From positions 1 to 48,208 of the forward strand of contig JABDQW010000023.1 of the NCBI GenBank assembly GCA_013042055.1: a stretch of DNA of 48,208 nucleotides, given 5' to 3'. This stretch comes from Gammaproteobacteria bacterium (GTDB lineage Bacteria; Pseudomonadota; Gammaproteobacteria; SZUA-229). Position 1 is the stretch's first letter. The number at the start of each line of letters is the position of its first letter. The position numbers and the translations under genes were made by a program. The notes under the pieces were generated by a model, which was given only the letters and a program-made list of their open reading frames with translations, searched no databases and was not told the DNA's origin. Of the stretch, positions 1-10,657 are shown piece after piece.

Positions 1-1
1 G

Positions 2-505
2 GCCGCTGCAATTATGATTGGATATCAACATTGCATCAACCAGTCCATCAAAATAGTGGTGCAGCTGCAGGGCGTTCAACGCCGGTTTTTTTCCCGCGGG
101 ATTGGCGCTGGTGGAAACCAGCGCGTGGTCTAGGCTGTCGCATAACTCGATCACCAGCGGATGTGTGCTGATGCGGATGGCCACCGTCTGGTGCCTACCA
201 GTGATCCAGCGTGGTGCACACGCCCTCGCAGGGACGACCCAGCTGGTCGGTTGTCGTTCGCCAACAATGGCGGCGCGGTCATCAGGATCCGCGACTTCTA
301 TCAATGCATCGAGTTGTTGCAAGCGGGAAGCGAGCAATATCAATCCCTTGCTGGCGTCTCTGCCTTTGAGAATGTTAATCGCATTGACGGCCGCCGCGTT
401 CAGTGGATCACAACCCAGTCCGTAAACGGTTTCAGTGGGGTAGGCAATAATTCCACCGCGTCGGATGCAGTGGGCTGCGTGTCGAATGGCGAAATCAGTG
501 GCCAT
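2..505 (-). CDS. tsaC: Threonylcarbamoyl-AMP synthase TsaC/Sua5/YrdC (3' end runs off the window)
   Basis: Not in the ORF track. Manual translation from ATG at 505 gives MATDFAIRHAAHCIRRGGIIAYPTETVYGLGCDP, with the YrdC motif AYPTExVYGLGCDP. It follows topA. Confidence 0.92.
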   Translation of the reverse strand, partial: MATDFAIRHAAHCIRRGGIIAYPTETVYGLGCDPLNAAAVNAINILKGRDASKGLILLASRLQQLDALIEVADPDDRAAIVGERQPTSWVVPARACAPRWITGRHQTVAIRISTHPLVIELCDSLDHALVSTSANPAGKKPALNALQLHHYFDGLVDAMLISNHNCSG

Positions 506-523
506 GGTAGCCTTAGAGGACGC

Positions 524-3010
524 CTAGGCTTTTTTCTTCACGGATTTTTTCTTTGCCGTTTTCTTTTTGCTAGCCTTTTTCTTGGCGGCTTTCTTTTTCA
601 CCGTTTTCTTTTTCGGCGCTGCCTTTGCTGCGGCTTCTTTCTTGACCGCCTTTTTTTTGCGACCTTTACGCTCGGGTGCGGCTGCGAGCAGTTCTTCACA
701 TTCTTGCAGGCTGAGATCCTTGGGCTCTTTATCCTTGGGGATTTTGGCGTTTTTCACGCCATCGGTGATATATGGACCAAATCGCCCATTGAGCACTTCG
801 ATGTTCGTTCCCTCAAACGACTTGATGAACTTGTTAGCGTCAAACTCTTTCTTTGCCTTGACCAGTTCCATCGCCTGCTCATGTGTGATGTTGTAGGGAT
901 CAATCCCCTGATCCTGGTATGCCTTATTGATAGAGACGAATTTTGTGTCGTACTTGACGTACGGACCGAAGCGACCATAGTTCGTGCTGAGCTTCTCGCC
1001 CTCAGGTGTTTCGCCGAGGTCTCTGGGCAGCACAAACAGGTCAAGATAGTTGTCCTCGGTGACATCGCTCATCTTCATGCCAGGGCGTAGGCTGGCAAAT
1101 TGCGGCTTTTCTTCATCATCTTTGTCGCCAATCTGCACAAATGGTCCATAGGGGCCCATACGGACGCTGACCGGCTTGCCGGTTTTCTTGTCTGTGCAGA
1201 TGAGTTTGGCTTGAGCGACCTCGGCGCGGCTGACATTGGCGTCCTTGTCTTCCACTTGTTTGATGAAAGGTTCCCAAAAATTACGCATCAACGGAATCCA
1301 GTCTTCTTCGCCACGCGAGACGTTGTCGAGTTCGTCTTCCAGGTTGGCTGTGAATTCGTAGTCTACGTATTTCTTGAAGTGCTCCGTCAGGAAACCATTA
1401 ACGATGCGGCCTATGTCCGTCGGAGTGAAACGCCGGCTCTCCAGCTCGACGTAGTCGCGATTGACCAGAGTCGAGATGATGCTGGCATAGGTCGATGGGC
1501 GGCCGATACCGTACTCCTCCAGCGTTTTGACCAGGCTGGCTTCGGTGAATCGTGGCGGCGGTTGGGTGAAATGCTGATCACTGCGGATATCGAGCAGCGT
1601 GATGCGTTCGCCTTCGTCCAATTCAGGCAGGATTTTGTTCCTGTCTTCACCCCGTCTGTCGTCATCGATATCTTCGGTATACACCTTCATGAAACCCGGG
1701 TGTTTAATCGTCGAGCCGTTGGCGCGGAAGTTGTTGCCATCGCCGCAGCCGAGATCAATGGTCACGGTATCCATGGTGGCGTGTATCATCTGGCAGGCCA
1801 TGGTACGTTTCCAGATCAGCTCGTAGAGGCCGAATTGGTCTGGCGTCAGATGCGATTTGATATCGGCCGGTAGATGACGCACCGATGTCGGACGAATCGC
1901 TTCGTGCGCTTCCTGCGCATTCTTGGATTTGGTCTTGAATGTGCGCGCTGACTCAGGCAGGAAATCAGCGCCATACAGCTGACCGATCAGTTCGCGTAGT
2001 TCAGTCAAGGCCTCGTTGGCCAGGTGGACTGCGTCAGTACGCATGTAAGTGATCAGACCGACGGTTTCGCCGCCGATGTCGATGCCTTCATAAAGCTGTT
2101 GTGCCGTGCGCATCGTGCGCTGTGCCGAGAAGCGCAGCTTGCGGGCGGCTTCCTGCTGCATGGTCGAGGTGGTGAACGGTGGATTCGGATTGCGCCGGGC
2201 TTCCTTTTTCTTAACCTGGTTGACGGTGAGCTTGCCACTCGCCGTTTCGATCAAAGCGTCTCTGGCCGCCAAGGCTTCGGATTTATTAGTGAAAGTGAAC
2301 TTGGTCTCTTGTTCGGCTTTCTCTCCTTCCCTCTTGATGGGTTTGTCGATGACCTTGTCATGATCAAATACCGTAAGCCGAGCGATGAATGCCTGCTTAT
2401 CTTTTTCGACGTCGGCCGCGATGGTCCAGTATTCGACTTCCTTGAATCGTTCGATTTCTTGCTCACGCTCGACAATCAATCTCAGAGCAGGGCTTTGTAC
2501 CCGTCCAGCAGATAGGCCGCGTTGGACTTTTTTCCACAACAGCGGCGATAGGTTAAAACCGACCAGGTAATCCAGGGCGCGCCGGGCCTGTTGGGCGTTG
2601 ATCAGGTCATTGGATAGCCCACGAGGATTATTTATCGCCTCCATAATGGCGGGCTTGGTGACTTCATTGAAGACGACGCGGTGTACATCTTTTTGTGCAA
2701 GCACGCCATCATTTTTGAGCAATTCGTATAAATGCCAGGAAATCGCTTCACCTTCGCGGTCCTGGTCAGTCGCCAGGTAGAGGGAATCAGCTTTTTTCAG
2801 GGCTTTCTTGATCGCATTGATATGTTTTTCGTTTTTTTCGATGACCTCGAATTTCATTGCGAAGTCTTGTTCGGGGTCGATCGCACCTTTTTTCGGTACC
2901 AGATCGCGCACATGACCGTACGATGCGAGTACCTTGAAGTCCTTGCCGAGGTATTTCTCGATAGTTTTCGCTTTTGCGGGAGATTCGACGATAACGAGAT
3001 TAGTGCTCAT
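524..3010 (-). CDS. topA: DNA topoisomerase I (type IA) with C-terminal repeats and a Lys/Ala-rich tail
   Basis: LVIVESPAKAKTI TOPRIM start, SAGRVQS, GLITYMRTD active-site Tyr, GIGRPSTYA, three G(R/P)(F/Y)GP(Y/F) repeats. Confidence 0.98.
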   Translation of the reverse strand: MSTNLVIVESPAKAKTIEKYLGKDFKVLASYGHVRDLVPKKGAIDPEQDFAMKFEVIEKNEKHINAIKKALKKADSLYLATDQDREGEAISWHLYELLKNDGVLAQKDVHRVVFNEVTKPAIMEAINNPRGLSNDLINAQQARRALDYLVGFNLSPLLWKKVQRGLSAGRVQSPALRLIVEREQEIERFKEVEYWTIAADVEKDKQAFIARLTVFDHDKVIDKPIKREGEKAEQETKFTFTNKSEALAARDALIETASGKLTVNQVKKKEARRNPNPPFTTSTMQQEAARKLRFSAQRTMRTAQQLYEGIDIGGETVGLITYMRTDAVHLANEALTELRELIGQLYGADFLPESARTFKTKSKNAQEAHEAIRPTSVRHLPADIKSHLTPDQFGLYELIWKRTMACQMIHATMDTVTIDLGCGDGNNFRANGSTIKHPGFMKVYTEDIDDDRRGEDRNKILPELDEGERITLLDIRSDQHFTQPPPRFTEASLVKTLEEYGIGRPSTYASIISTLVNRDYVELESRRFTPTDIGRIVNGFLTEHFKKYVDYEFTANLEDELDNVSRGEEDWIPLMRNFWEPFIKQVEDKDANVSRAEVAQAKLICTDKKTGKPVSVRMGPYGPFVQIGDKDDEEKPQFASLRPGMKMSDVTEDNYLDLFVLPRDLGETPEGEKLSTNYGRFGPYVKYDTKFVSINKAYQDQGIDPYNITHEQAMELVKAKKEFDANKFIKSFEGTNIEVLNGRFGPYITDGVKNAKIPKDKEPKDLSLQECEELLAAAPERKGRKKKAVKKEAAAKAAPKKKTVKKKAAKKKASKKKTAKKKSVKKKA

Positions 3011-3050
3011 GCATTCTTATCATGTCGTCCTGAAAAAACTGTTTTGTAAT

Positions 3051-3530
3051 TTAATGTATATAGTCTACATTTTCGTCAAACATGATACTTTCCATCCAGG
3101 CATAGGCATTTTCTTCGCCGGGGTGGCTGTGTAGAACGATCAATACGACCCATTTGAGTTGTTCCGTATCAAGTTCATTATCCAGCGCAATGATGCGGTC
3201 CAGCACCAGTTCACGCGTTACCGGTGTCAATATTCGCGCCTGCTCTAGAAAGACCAGAAAGCCCAGTGAATCGTCATTGAGCAGCGCTTTCTCTTCATCG
3301 CTGAAGACGCGCATGCTCGACTGCTTCACGGGCACATAATGGGCACCGTCCTGGATGCAAGCAAGATCCTCTAACCAATTGAAAGCCTGATTAATTTCCT
3401 TGTTTTGAAAGCCCATTTCCTCTAGTCTGCTTGCGATTTCTTCGCGCTCATTGAGGGATTCGTTTTCATCACCCAGAACGCGTTCAAACAAAAACATCAG
3501 AACGTCAACAGCGGATTGTTTGATAATCAT
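3051..3530 (-). CDS. smg: Smg / DUF494 protein
   Basis: DVLMFLFE...GF...I.QAF.WLE...LKWVVLIVL pattern; canonical position between dprA and topA. Confidence 0.9.
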   Translation of the reverse strand: MIIKQSAVDVLMFLFERVLGDENESLNEREEIASRLEEMGFQNKEINQAFNWLEDLACIQDGAHYVPVKQSSMRVFSDEEKALLNDDSLGFLVFLEQARILTPVTRELVLDRIIALDNELDTEQLKWVVLIVLHSHPGEENAYAWMESIMFDENVDYIH

Positions 3531-3595
3531 TATTAAATAAAAACCTGTATTAGAGAATCCTTGAACATTCCATCGCTGGATCCTGAAAGCGGCTA

Positions 3596-4693
3596 TTATG
3601 CCACACGCGTATACCTGCCGCTTTCACTGACGACACAGCCCTCGAGCTCCAGTATCAGCAGCATGGATGCTACTTCCGCGGCGGTATAACCGCTGCGATC
3701 AACCAGTTCGTCGATGCGCATGGGTTCGTATGCGAGGCATTTGAGCAGTTTTTGGTGATCCGGGTCAAGTGCCTGAGATTGTGGTTTTTCGGGCGCGCGC
3801 GCGTTCCGAGTGGGCAGATCGGTCGGTAGTAAGGCGTATAATTCCTCCAGAATGTCGTCGGCGGTCTCCACCAGCTTGGCACCCTGGCGGATTAAACGGT
3901 GGCAACCGCGTGCCAGTGGGTTGTGTATCGAGCCTGGAATTGCAAAGATTTCCCGGCCTTGTTCCAGCGCGTGTCTTGCCGTGATCAGCGAGCCGCTGTT
4001 GAGCGCGGCCTCGACTACCAAGGTGCCCAGGGAGAGTCCGCTGATGATGCGGTTACGGCGCGGAAAATAGGCCCTGAGCGGTCGTGTACCCAGTGGGTGC
4101 TCTGATACAACTGCGCCATTGCGGGTAATCCTTTCTGCCAGTTTCTGATGGGCCGACGGATAAACAATATCGAGACCGTGTGCGACTAGAGCCACTGTGC
4201 CGGCGATACCCTCTAGTGCCCCCTGGTGACAGGCCGCATCGATACCCCGCGCCAGACCACTGGTGATTGTGATGCCTGAGCTTGATAAAAAACGGGCGAA
4301 CTCGGTCGCGGTTTGACGTCCAGACGCCGTAGGTGTTCGGCTGCCAACCATGGCCAGCTGTGGCAGCTGCAAATAGTCAGGGTCGCCCCGAACGAATAGC
4401 AGAGGTGGTGGCGTCGAGATCGTCTTCAGCCGCTCGGGATAGCGGATGTCATTGAACGTGATCAGGTGATGATTCGGTTGTTGCAGCCATTCCAGATCGG
4501 GCTCGATCAGGTTTCGAGGTGGATCCAGAATGGCGCTGACCAACTCGGAATTCAGGCCGATTTTGCCAAGCTTGGCCGCACCGGCAGCAAACACCCTGTC
4601 CGGTGTGCCAAAGACGTCGAGTAGTTGGTGGTAGGTATCCGGCTTCATGCCGGGTACTCGCACAAGTGCGAGCCAGCTGTCGATCATATTCAT
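3596..4693 (-). CDS. dprA: DNA-processing protein DprA (Smf)
   Basis: LAMVGSR, ITSGLARGID, FPRRNRIISGLS, VVEAALNSGSLITA motifs. Confidence 0.97.
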   Translation of the reverse strand: MNMIDSWLALVRVPGMKPDTYHQLLDVFGTPDRVFAAGAAKLGKIGLNSELVSAILDPPRNLIEPDLEWLQQPNHHLITFNDIRYPERLKTISTPPPLLFVRGDPDYLQLPQLAMVGSRTPTASGRQTATEFARFLSSSGITITSGLARGIDAACHQGALEGIAGTVALVAHGLDIVYPSAHQKLAERITRNGAVVSEHPLGTRPLRAYFPRRNRIISGLSLGTLVVEAALNSGSLITARHALEQGREIFAIPGSIHNPLARGCHRLIRQGAKLVETADDILEELYALLPTDLPTRNARAPEKPQSQALDPDHQKLLKCLAYEPMRIDELVDRSGYTAAEVASMLLILELEGCVVSESGRYTRVA

Positions 4694-4710
4694 CCCTGAA
4701 CATTGTAACT

Positions 4711-5922
4711 TTATTTCGGTGTTCGAACTATATCGTGATTATGGATAACCCGTGTCGATTCAAGTACCAGGCCATAGCTGACATGGTCGAAGGTGCGAAA
4801 AATCATAATCAGACCACTGCGTACATCTGGCAGTACGAGCTCCACTTTCTTACCTTTGTTGTGGTGATCATATACCGATTTTCCCTTGGTATAAACTGCC
4901 AGCAGATTTCCACTCTCAAGGCCCTCGCGGCTGCCCCGGTTGACAACCGCCACTTGCAGTTTGGCAACACCGAACAAGGCATCGGGTAAGTGGATGACGC
5001 GTCCTTGGATATCCCGGTCTGGTAGCCTGGGGAAGAAAAGATTGTCGATTTTGCTCTTATCGGTTGGCAGCAGGCGGTCACCATAAAGTACTTCGCGTTC
5101 CGTAAAAGTCAGTTCACCCGTGGCTGGATCACCGTATGAGGTAATCAGCGTCTCGCCCGCGTATATCGCTTCGTAACCCAGCACTTCTTTAGTATCAGGA
5201 TCGACCAGTTCGGCGCCTTTGCGCACGACCGTGTAACGCACGCGTTCTTTGTCTATTTCGCCGCGAATGAAAATCTGATTGCCCTGACCCAGGATTAAAT
5301 GCTCATCGTCGCTACCTAGTATATAGGGCGCAGTTTGCAGTTCCTCTTTGGCGATCACACGCGGTTTGGTCAGGAACTGACGAATGGCGTCACCGGGGAT
5401 GGTATCGATGCTGGCTTCAATAGTTTTTGTACGTATGGATGGCGAAAGTTTGACCACTGGAACCGGTCCGGCGGCATCGGATACCACGGTTGTGGTTCCT
5501 CGCTGTCCGGGTTTGCTGACGACAATACGCGGCTGGCCATCGACGTAAATCAGGCTCAAAACATCACCCGGATAGATCAGATGGGGATTTTTCACCTGTG
5601 GATTCTGGTACCAAATTTCGGGCCAGAACCATGGATCTTTCAAAAACAGGTTGGCAATGTCCCACAAGGTATCACCCGCCTTGACAATGTACTGGCGCGG
5701 GTGAGCGACTCTGACGCTAGCTGCCACCGCCTGTTGCGTGTTGACCATTGCGTTCGGCTCATTGGCGGTAACGATAGTACCGGTTTCTTGCTCAGGTTCA
5801 ACATAGGCCGTATCTTCGCGTGTCGCAGACGATGAGCAACCGTATAGCACGGCGACCAGCAACAGGGTTACAATGGATGTTCGAATTTTGTGAATGCGGT
5901 CAGGAGTGACGGATATTTTCAT
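4711..5922 (-). CDS. LysM peptidoglycan-binding lipoprotein (TsaP-like)
   Basis: Lipobox-like LYGC; LysM YIVKAGDTLWDIA...WPEIWYQNPQVKNPHLIYPGD; usual gene between def and dprA. Confidence 0.88.
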   Translation of the reverse strand: MKISVTPDRIHKIRTSIVTLLLVAVLYGCSSSATREDTAYVEPEQETGTIVTANEPNAMVNTQQAVAASVRVAHPRQYIVKAGDTLWDIANLFLKDPWFWPEIWYQNPQVKNPHLIYPGDVLSLIYVDGQPRIVVSKPGQRGTTTVVSDAAGPVPVVKLSPSIRTKTIEASIDTIPGDAIRQFLTKPRVIAKEELQTAPYILGSDDEHLILGQGNQIFIRGEIDKERVRYTVVRKGAELVDPDTKEVLGYEAIYAGETLITSYGDPATGELTFTEREVLYGDRLLPTDKSKIDNLFFPRLPDRDIQGRVIHLPDALFGVAKLQVAVVNRGSREGLESGNLLAVYTKGKSVYDHHNKGKKVELVLPDVRSGLIMIFRTFDHVSYGLVLESTRVIHNHDIVRTPK

Positions 5923-6060
5923 TATTATTGTTATCCTTATGGATAATCCGTGGTTTTCAATAGTCTAGTTGATAAAATTCCATTTTGAAGCAAGCATGAA
6001 CTGATTGTAGCAGAAATAGCTAATATCGCTGTTTCCGCAGAAATTAACATCGAGATTGAT

Positions 6061-6570
6061 ATGGCGATACGAGACATACTGCATTATCCCGACAAACGGC
6101 TGCGTACCGTCGCCGAGCCGGTCGACGTGGTCGATGAGTCGATACGTAGCTTGGTTGATGATATGTTTGAAACCATGTACGCCGCCCCCGGTATCGGGCT
6201 TGCAGCGACGCAGGTCGATGTACACAAACGGATCATCGTCATCGACCTTAGTGCCGAAAAGAATCAGCCGCTGTGTCTAATCAATCCCGAGATTCGCAAA
6301 TCCGAGGGCGTCGAACAGACCGAAGAAGGCTGCCTGTCGGTACCGGATATTTTTGAGACAGTGGAACGTGCCGAGCGTATCGAAGTCAAGGCGCTGGATC
6401 GTAACGGCGAAGAATTTACACTCGAAGCCGACGGTTTACTTGCGGTGTGCATTCAACATGAGATCGACCATTTGCAAGGCAACCTGTTTGTCGACTACCT
6501 GTCTCCGTTAAAGCAGATGCGCGTCAAGAAAAAAATCCAAAAGGCGCGCCGACAGGCCACCATCATTTAG
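6061..6570 (+). CDS. def: Peptide deformylase
   Basis: [13 protein letters not shown] and QHEIDHL motifs. Confidence 0.98.
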   Translation: MAIRDILHYPDKRLRTVAEPVDVVDESIRSLVDDMFETMYAAPGIGLAATQVDVHKRIIVIDLSAEKNQPLCLINPEIRKSEGVEQTEEGCLSVPDIFETVERAERIEVKALDRNGEEFTLEADGLLAVCIQHEIDHLQGNLFVDYLSPLKQMRVKKKIQKARRQATII

Positions 6571-6587
6571 CCCGCGGTCAGATCACT

Positions 6588-7538
6588 GTGGCTCAGAAGC
6601 TCAGCCTCGTATTTGCAGGCACACCCGATTTTTCTGTAGCGACTCTGCAAGCCTTGATCGATCAAGGCTACGACATCGTTGCCGTCTACACCCAGCCCGA
6701 CCGACCAGCAGGCCGCGGCCGCGAGTCCAGGCCGTCAGCGATCAAGCAGCTTGCGCTCGAGCATGGCTTGAAAATCTTTCAACCAGCGTCGCTCAAACAG
6801 CAAACAGAGCGACAGCAGCTGCAGGCGCTACGACCAGACCTGATGATTGTAGTGGCCTATGGCTTGCTGCTGCCGCAAGCGGTGTTATCGATTCCGCGTT
6901 TGGGCTGCATCAATGTGCACGCCTCATTATTACCACGATGGCGGGGCGCTGCACCGATTCAGCGTGCCATCCTGGCCGGCGACAAACAGACCGGTATCTC
7001 GATTATGCAGATGGATCAGGGCCTGGATACCGGCGATGTACTGGCTCGGGCCAGCTGCGAGATCAGGGATGACGATACCGGTTCGTCGCTACATGACCGT
7101 CTGATGCAGCTCGGTGCCGACACCTTGATCGCTTGCCTACCGGCCCTGCAGCAGGGTGCGTTGAAGCCTGAATCCCAGGATGACAGCCAGGCAACCCATG
7201 CCACCAAGCTCAGCAAAAAGGAAGCCGAGATCGACTGGAGTCTGGATGCGGAACAGCTCGAGCGCTGCGTTCGTGCCTATAACGCTTGGCCGGTGGCTTA
7301 CACCTTCTGGCAGAGAAAAGGCAAGACCGAGAACCTGCGCATATGGCAGGCGCAGGCGATCGAGCTTGCGCACAGCGAACAACCCGGCAAGGTATTGAGC
7401 AGTTCCGCGAACGGTATCGATGTGGCTGCGGGTAAGGGCGTGCTCAGGTTATTGCAGGTACAGTCGGCGGGTGGTCGCAGGATGACGGCATCGGAATTTA
7501 TCAATGCGCATCCCCTTGAGGGTGTTCAGTTGGGGTGA
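6588..7538 (+). CDS. fmt: Methionyl-tRNA formyltransferase
   Basis: FAGTPDF, TQPDRPAGRG and NVHASLLPRWRGAAPIQR motifs; follows def. Confidence 0.98.
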   Translation: MAQKLSLVFAGTPDFSVATLQALIDQGYDIVAVYTQPDRPAGRGRESRPSAIKQLALEHGLKIFQPASLKQQTERQQLQALRPDLMIVVAYGLLLPQAVLSIPRLGCINVHASLLPRWRGAAPIQRAILAGDKQTGISIMQMDQGLDTGDVLARASCEIRDDDTGSSLHDRLMQLGADTLIACLPALQQGALKPESQDDSQATHATKLSKKEAEIDWSLDAEQLERCVRAYNAWPVAYTFWQRKGKTENLRIWQAQAIELAHSEQPGKVLSSSANGIDVAAGKGVLRLLQVQSAGGRRMTASEFINAHPLEGVQLG

Positions 7539-8896
7539 AGGCGTCCTCGACAAAAACACGGCGAAACAAAACAGCTGATGGAAAGGAGTTGAATGCTCGA
7601 TATGCTGCATTGAGGGTATTGGAAGGTGTTCTTGTTAAACGGCGCTCTTTGACGACAGCTCGACTTCTGCTCAACGAGATACCGCTACCAGCCCGGCAAC
7701 GAGCGCTGGCGATGGAGCTGGTCAACGGGGTATTGCGCTGGCGCTTCAGATACGACGCCCTGCTGGCACGGCTACTGAGCAAACCGTTGCGAAAAAAGGA
7801 CTACGATTTACAGTTGGTTTTGCTGATTGCGTTACATGAACTCAATGAGCTGAGCACGCCGGACTATGCCATCGTCCACGAAGCCGCAAGTCAGGCGCAG
7901 CGCCTCGGCAAGAAGTGGGCAACGGGTCTGATCAACGGCGTTCTGCGCAGTTACTTACGAGACCGAGAGCAATTAGCCAGCTCAATCGACGAGGATCCGG
8001 TCGCGCGCTTTGCCCATCCGCAATGGCTGATCGATCGTTTGCAACAGGATTGGCCCGAGCAGTTCGATCAGGTATTGCGAGCTAATAACCAACGCCCGCC
8101 CTTATGGCTACGGGTGAATCTGAGCAAGATCTCTGTTGACGACTATTTGCAGCAACTTGGATCGCACCAGATGACTGCCGTCCGGCACAGTCATGCGCTT
8201 GCTGCGCTGAGGCTCGATACACCAATGGATGTCGGTCAGATACCGGGTTTTGTAGACGGGTTGGTATCGGTGCAAGATGCTGCGGCCCAGATGGCGGCTC
8301 AACTACTCGCTCCCAAAAATGATGAACGAGTCCTGGATTTGTGTGCCGCGCCAGGTGGCAAAACCTGTCACCTTCTCGAATTGGCTGGCACGATAGAGTT
8401 GATGGCTGTTGAACTCAACCCCATACGCATGCAGCAAGTACAACAGAATATAGAGCGTTTGAACTTGCAGGCACAACTGATCGTCGCTGATGCAACCGAT
8501 ACGCAGAGCTGGTGGGATGGTCGTTCATTCGACCGCATACTGGTCGATGCGCCGTGTTCTGCCAGCGGCGTCATACGCCGTCACCCCGATATCAAAAGTC
8601 TGCGCCAAGCGGGTGACCTGGTCGAGCTGACCGAGATACAACAGCAAATCCTGCAGCAAGCTTGGTGTATGCTCAAGCCCGGTGGTACGCTGGTCTATGC
8701 CACCTGTTCGGTTCTAAAAATGGAAAATGAGCAGCAGATCGAAAGCTTGCTACGTTCCAATGTCGATGTTGAAGAAGTCATGATCGATCCGAACTGGGGT
8801 GTTGCATGTCGTTACGGACGTCAACTATTGCCGGGTACTGAAGACAGCGACGGCTTTTATTATGCACTCCTGAAAAAGATGGAACGGCGCCACTGA
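7535..8896 (+). CDS. rsmB: 16S rRNA m5C967 methyltransferase RsmB
   Basis: NusB-like N-terminus; VLDLCAAPGGKT, DAPCSASG and YATCS motifs; GTGA overlap with fmt. Confidence 0.95.
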   Translation: MKASSTKTRRNKTADGKELNARYAALRVLEGVLVKRRSLTTARLLLNEIPLPARQRALAMELVNGVLRWRFRYDALLARLLSKPLRKKDYDLQLVLLIALHELNELSTPDYAIVHEAASQAQRLGKKWATGLINGVLRSYLRDREQLASSIDEDPVARFAHPQWLIDRLQQDWPEQFDQVLRANNQRPPLWLRVNLSKISVDDYLQQLGSHQMTAVRHSHALAALRLDTPMDVGQIPGFVDGLVSVQDAAAQMAAQLLAPKNDERVLDLCAAPGGKTCHLLELAGTIELMAVELNPIRMQQVQQNIERLNLQAQLIVADATDTQSWWDGRSFDRILVDAPCSASGVIRRHPDIKSLRQAGDLVELTEIQQQILQQAWCMLKPGGTLVYATCSVLKMENEQQIESLLRSNVDVEEVMIDPNWGVACRYGRQLLPGTEDSDGFYYALLKKMERRH

Positions 8897-9027
8897 TCCG
8901 GCTTTGGGGGCTAGCTGCATTTCTCACCAGGAGGGCTAACATCAATATACAAACAGGATACTGCAATCAGACACTGAAAGGCGTAAACTTTGCGCCATTG
9001 GATGCGTAAATACGAAAGATTCATGTA

Positions 9028-10404
9028 ATGAAAATCCTGATTCTGGGCGGCGGTCAAGTGGGGTCTACGGTTGCAGCTAATCTCGCATCTGAGGCTAATG
9101 ACATCACCTTGGTCGATACCAATATCAGCCTGCTCAACGATTTGCGCAGTCGTCTCGATATCCAGACCGTTGCTGGGCACGCATCTTTTCCGGAGGTGCT
9201 CCGGCGTGCAGGTATCATCGATACCGATATGTTGATCGCGGTGACCAACAGTGATGAAACTAACATGCTCGCCTGTCAGTTCGCACACTCGTTGTTCCAT
9301 ACTCCAACCAAAATCGCTCGTATTCGCGCGCAGGAATATCTCGAACATGAACATATTTTCTGTCATGAGGCTGTACCTGTGGATGTCATCATCAGCCCCG
9401 AGGAGATCGTTTCCAAATATGTACAACGTTTGATCGAATATCCGGGAGCGTTCCAGGTGCTCGATTTCGCCCATGGGCGTGCTCAGCTCGTTGGCGTAAA
9501 GGCGTATTATGGTGGGCCCCTGGTTGGGCATGAGATCAGGACGCTCAGAGATCACATGCCAACTGTCGATGCACGCGTTGCCGCTATCTACCGCCGGGGC
9601 AAAGGTATAACGCCGAAAGGTAGTCGCGTAATAGAGGCCGATGATGAAGTTTTTTTCATCGCTGCGAAAAAGGATATCCGCGCTGTCATGAGCGAACTGC
9701 GCAAACTGGATAAACCTTTTAAGCGCATCATGATCGCCGGGGGTGGCAATATTGGCAAACGCCTGGCAGAAGCCCTGGAGGACGACTATCAGGTCAAGTT
9801 ACTGGAATGCGACCCCGAGCGTTCGGAGCTGCTCTCGCACGAATTGAACAGAACGATCGTGTTGCTGGGTGACTCGGCAGATGAGGATTTGTTGCTGGAG
9901 GAAAATATCGATCAGATGGACGTATTCTGTACCGTTACCAACGATGATGAGGCCAATATCCTCTCATCCATGTTGGCGAAGCAGTTGGGTGCAGGTAAGG
10001 TGATGTCCTTGGTCAATCGCCACGCTTATGTCGACCTGATTGAACAGCAGGCGACCATCGATGTGGCGATATCACCGCAACAGGTGACAATCGGTGCTTT
10101 GCTGACTCATGTGCGGCGGGGGGATGTTGTTGCTGTACACTCGTTGCGGCGTGGTGTGGCTGAAGCCATCGAAGCTGTCGCGCACGGCGATGCCAGAACG
10201 TCGCGTGTCGTGGGTCGACGCATCGAACAGATTCCGCTACCCGAAGGTGCGACCATAGGAGCAATCGTACGCGGAGAGAAGGTCATGATGGCGCATCACG
10301 ATGCCTTGATCGAAACCGAAGACCATTTGATACTATTCATACAGGACAGGCGCACCACACCTGAGGTGGAGAAGTTATTCCAGGTGAGCTTCACCTTCGT
10401 GTAA
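9028..10404 (+). CDS. trkA: Trk potassium uptake protein TrkA
   Basis: Two RCK domains (GGGQVG, GGGNIG), AVTNSDETN, HSLRRGVAEAIE. Confidence 0.97.
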   Translation: MKILILGGGQVGSTVAANLASEANDITLVDTNISLLNDLRSRLDIQTVAGHASFPEVLRRAGIIDTDMLIAVTNSDETNMLACQFAHSLFHTPTKIARIRAQEYLEHEHIFCHEAVPVDVIISPEEIVSKYVQRLIEYPGAFQVLDFAHGRAQLVGVKAYYGGPLVGHEIRTLRDHMPTVDARVAAIYRRGKGITPKGSRVIEADDEVFFIAAKKDIRAVMSELRKLDKPFKRIMIAGGGNIGKRLAEALEDDYQVKLLECDPERSELLSHELNRTIVLLGDSADEDLLLEENIDQMDVFCTVTNDDEANILSSMLAKQLGAGKVMSLVNRHAYVDLIEQQATIDVAISPQQVTIGALLTHVRRGDVVAVHSLRRGVAEAIEAVAHGDARTSRVVGRRIEQIPLPEGATIGAIVRGEKVMMAHHDALIETEDHLILFIQDRRTTPEVEKLFQVSFTFV

Positions 10405-10446
10405 CCCGCATTTATCAGCAGGCGACGTAGAACATTGATAAGGAAT

Positions 10447-10657
10447 TGCTTTTCGCTCCAGAGCGGCGCTAGCCCAAATGCCTTACCAGGGGACGAGATG
10501 ATCACACCGAGATTTGGATTGATGAAATACATCCCAGTATTTCACCCCTGCGGGGTCGTCTTGCGGTCCAAATCCGTTTCAGACGGATTTGTCACAGCGG
10601 ATTTTGCGAAGAAGGGGAATAAGCTTGTGTATTGCCGACTGAGCAAAATCCGCTGTG
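10447..10657. repeat. Cluster of palindromic repeat fragments between trkA and trkH
   Basis: 10447-10470 matches 40793-40816 at 23/24 nt. Hairpins at 10523-10544, 10544-10556 and 10569-10591; perfect 15-bp inverted repeat 10593-10607/10643-10657. Confidence 0.7.
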
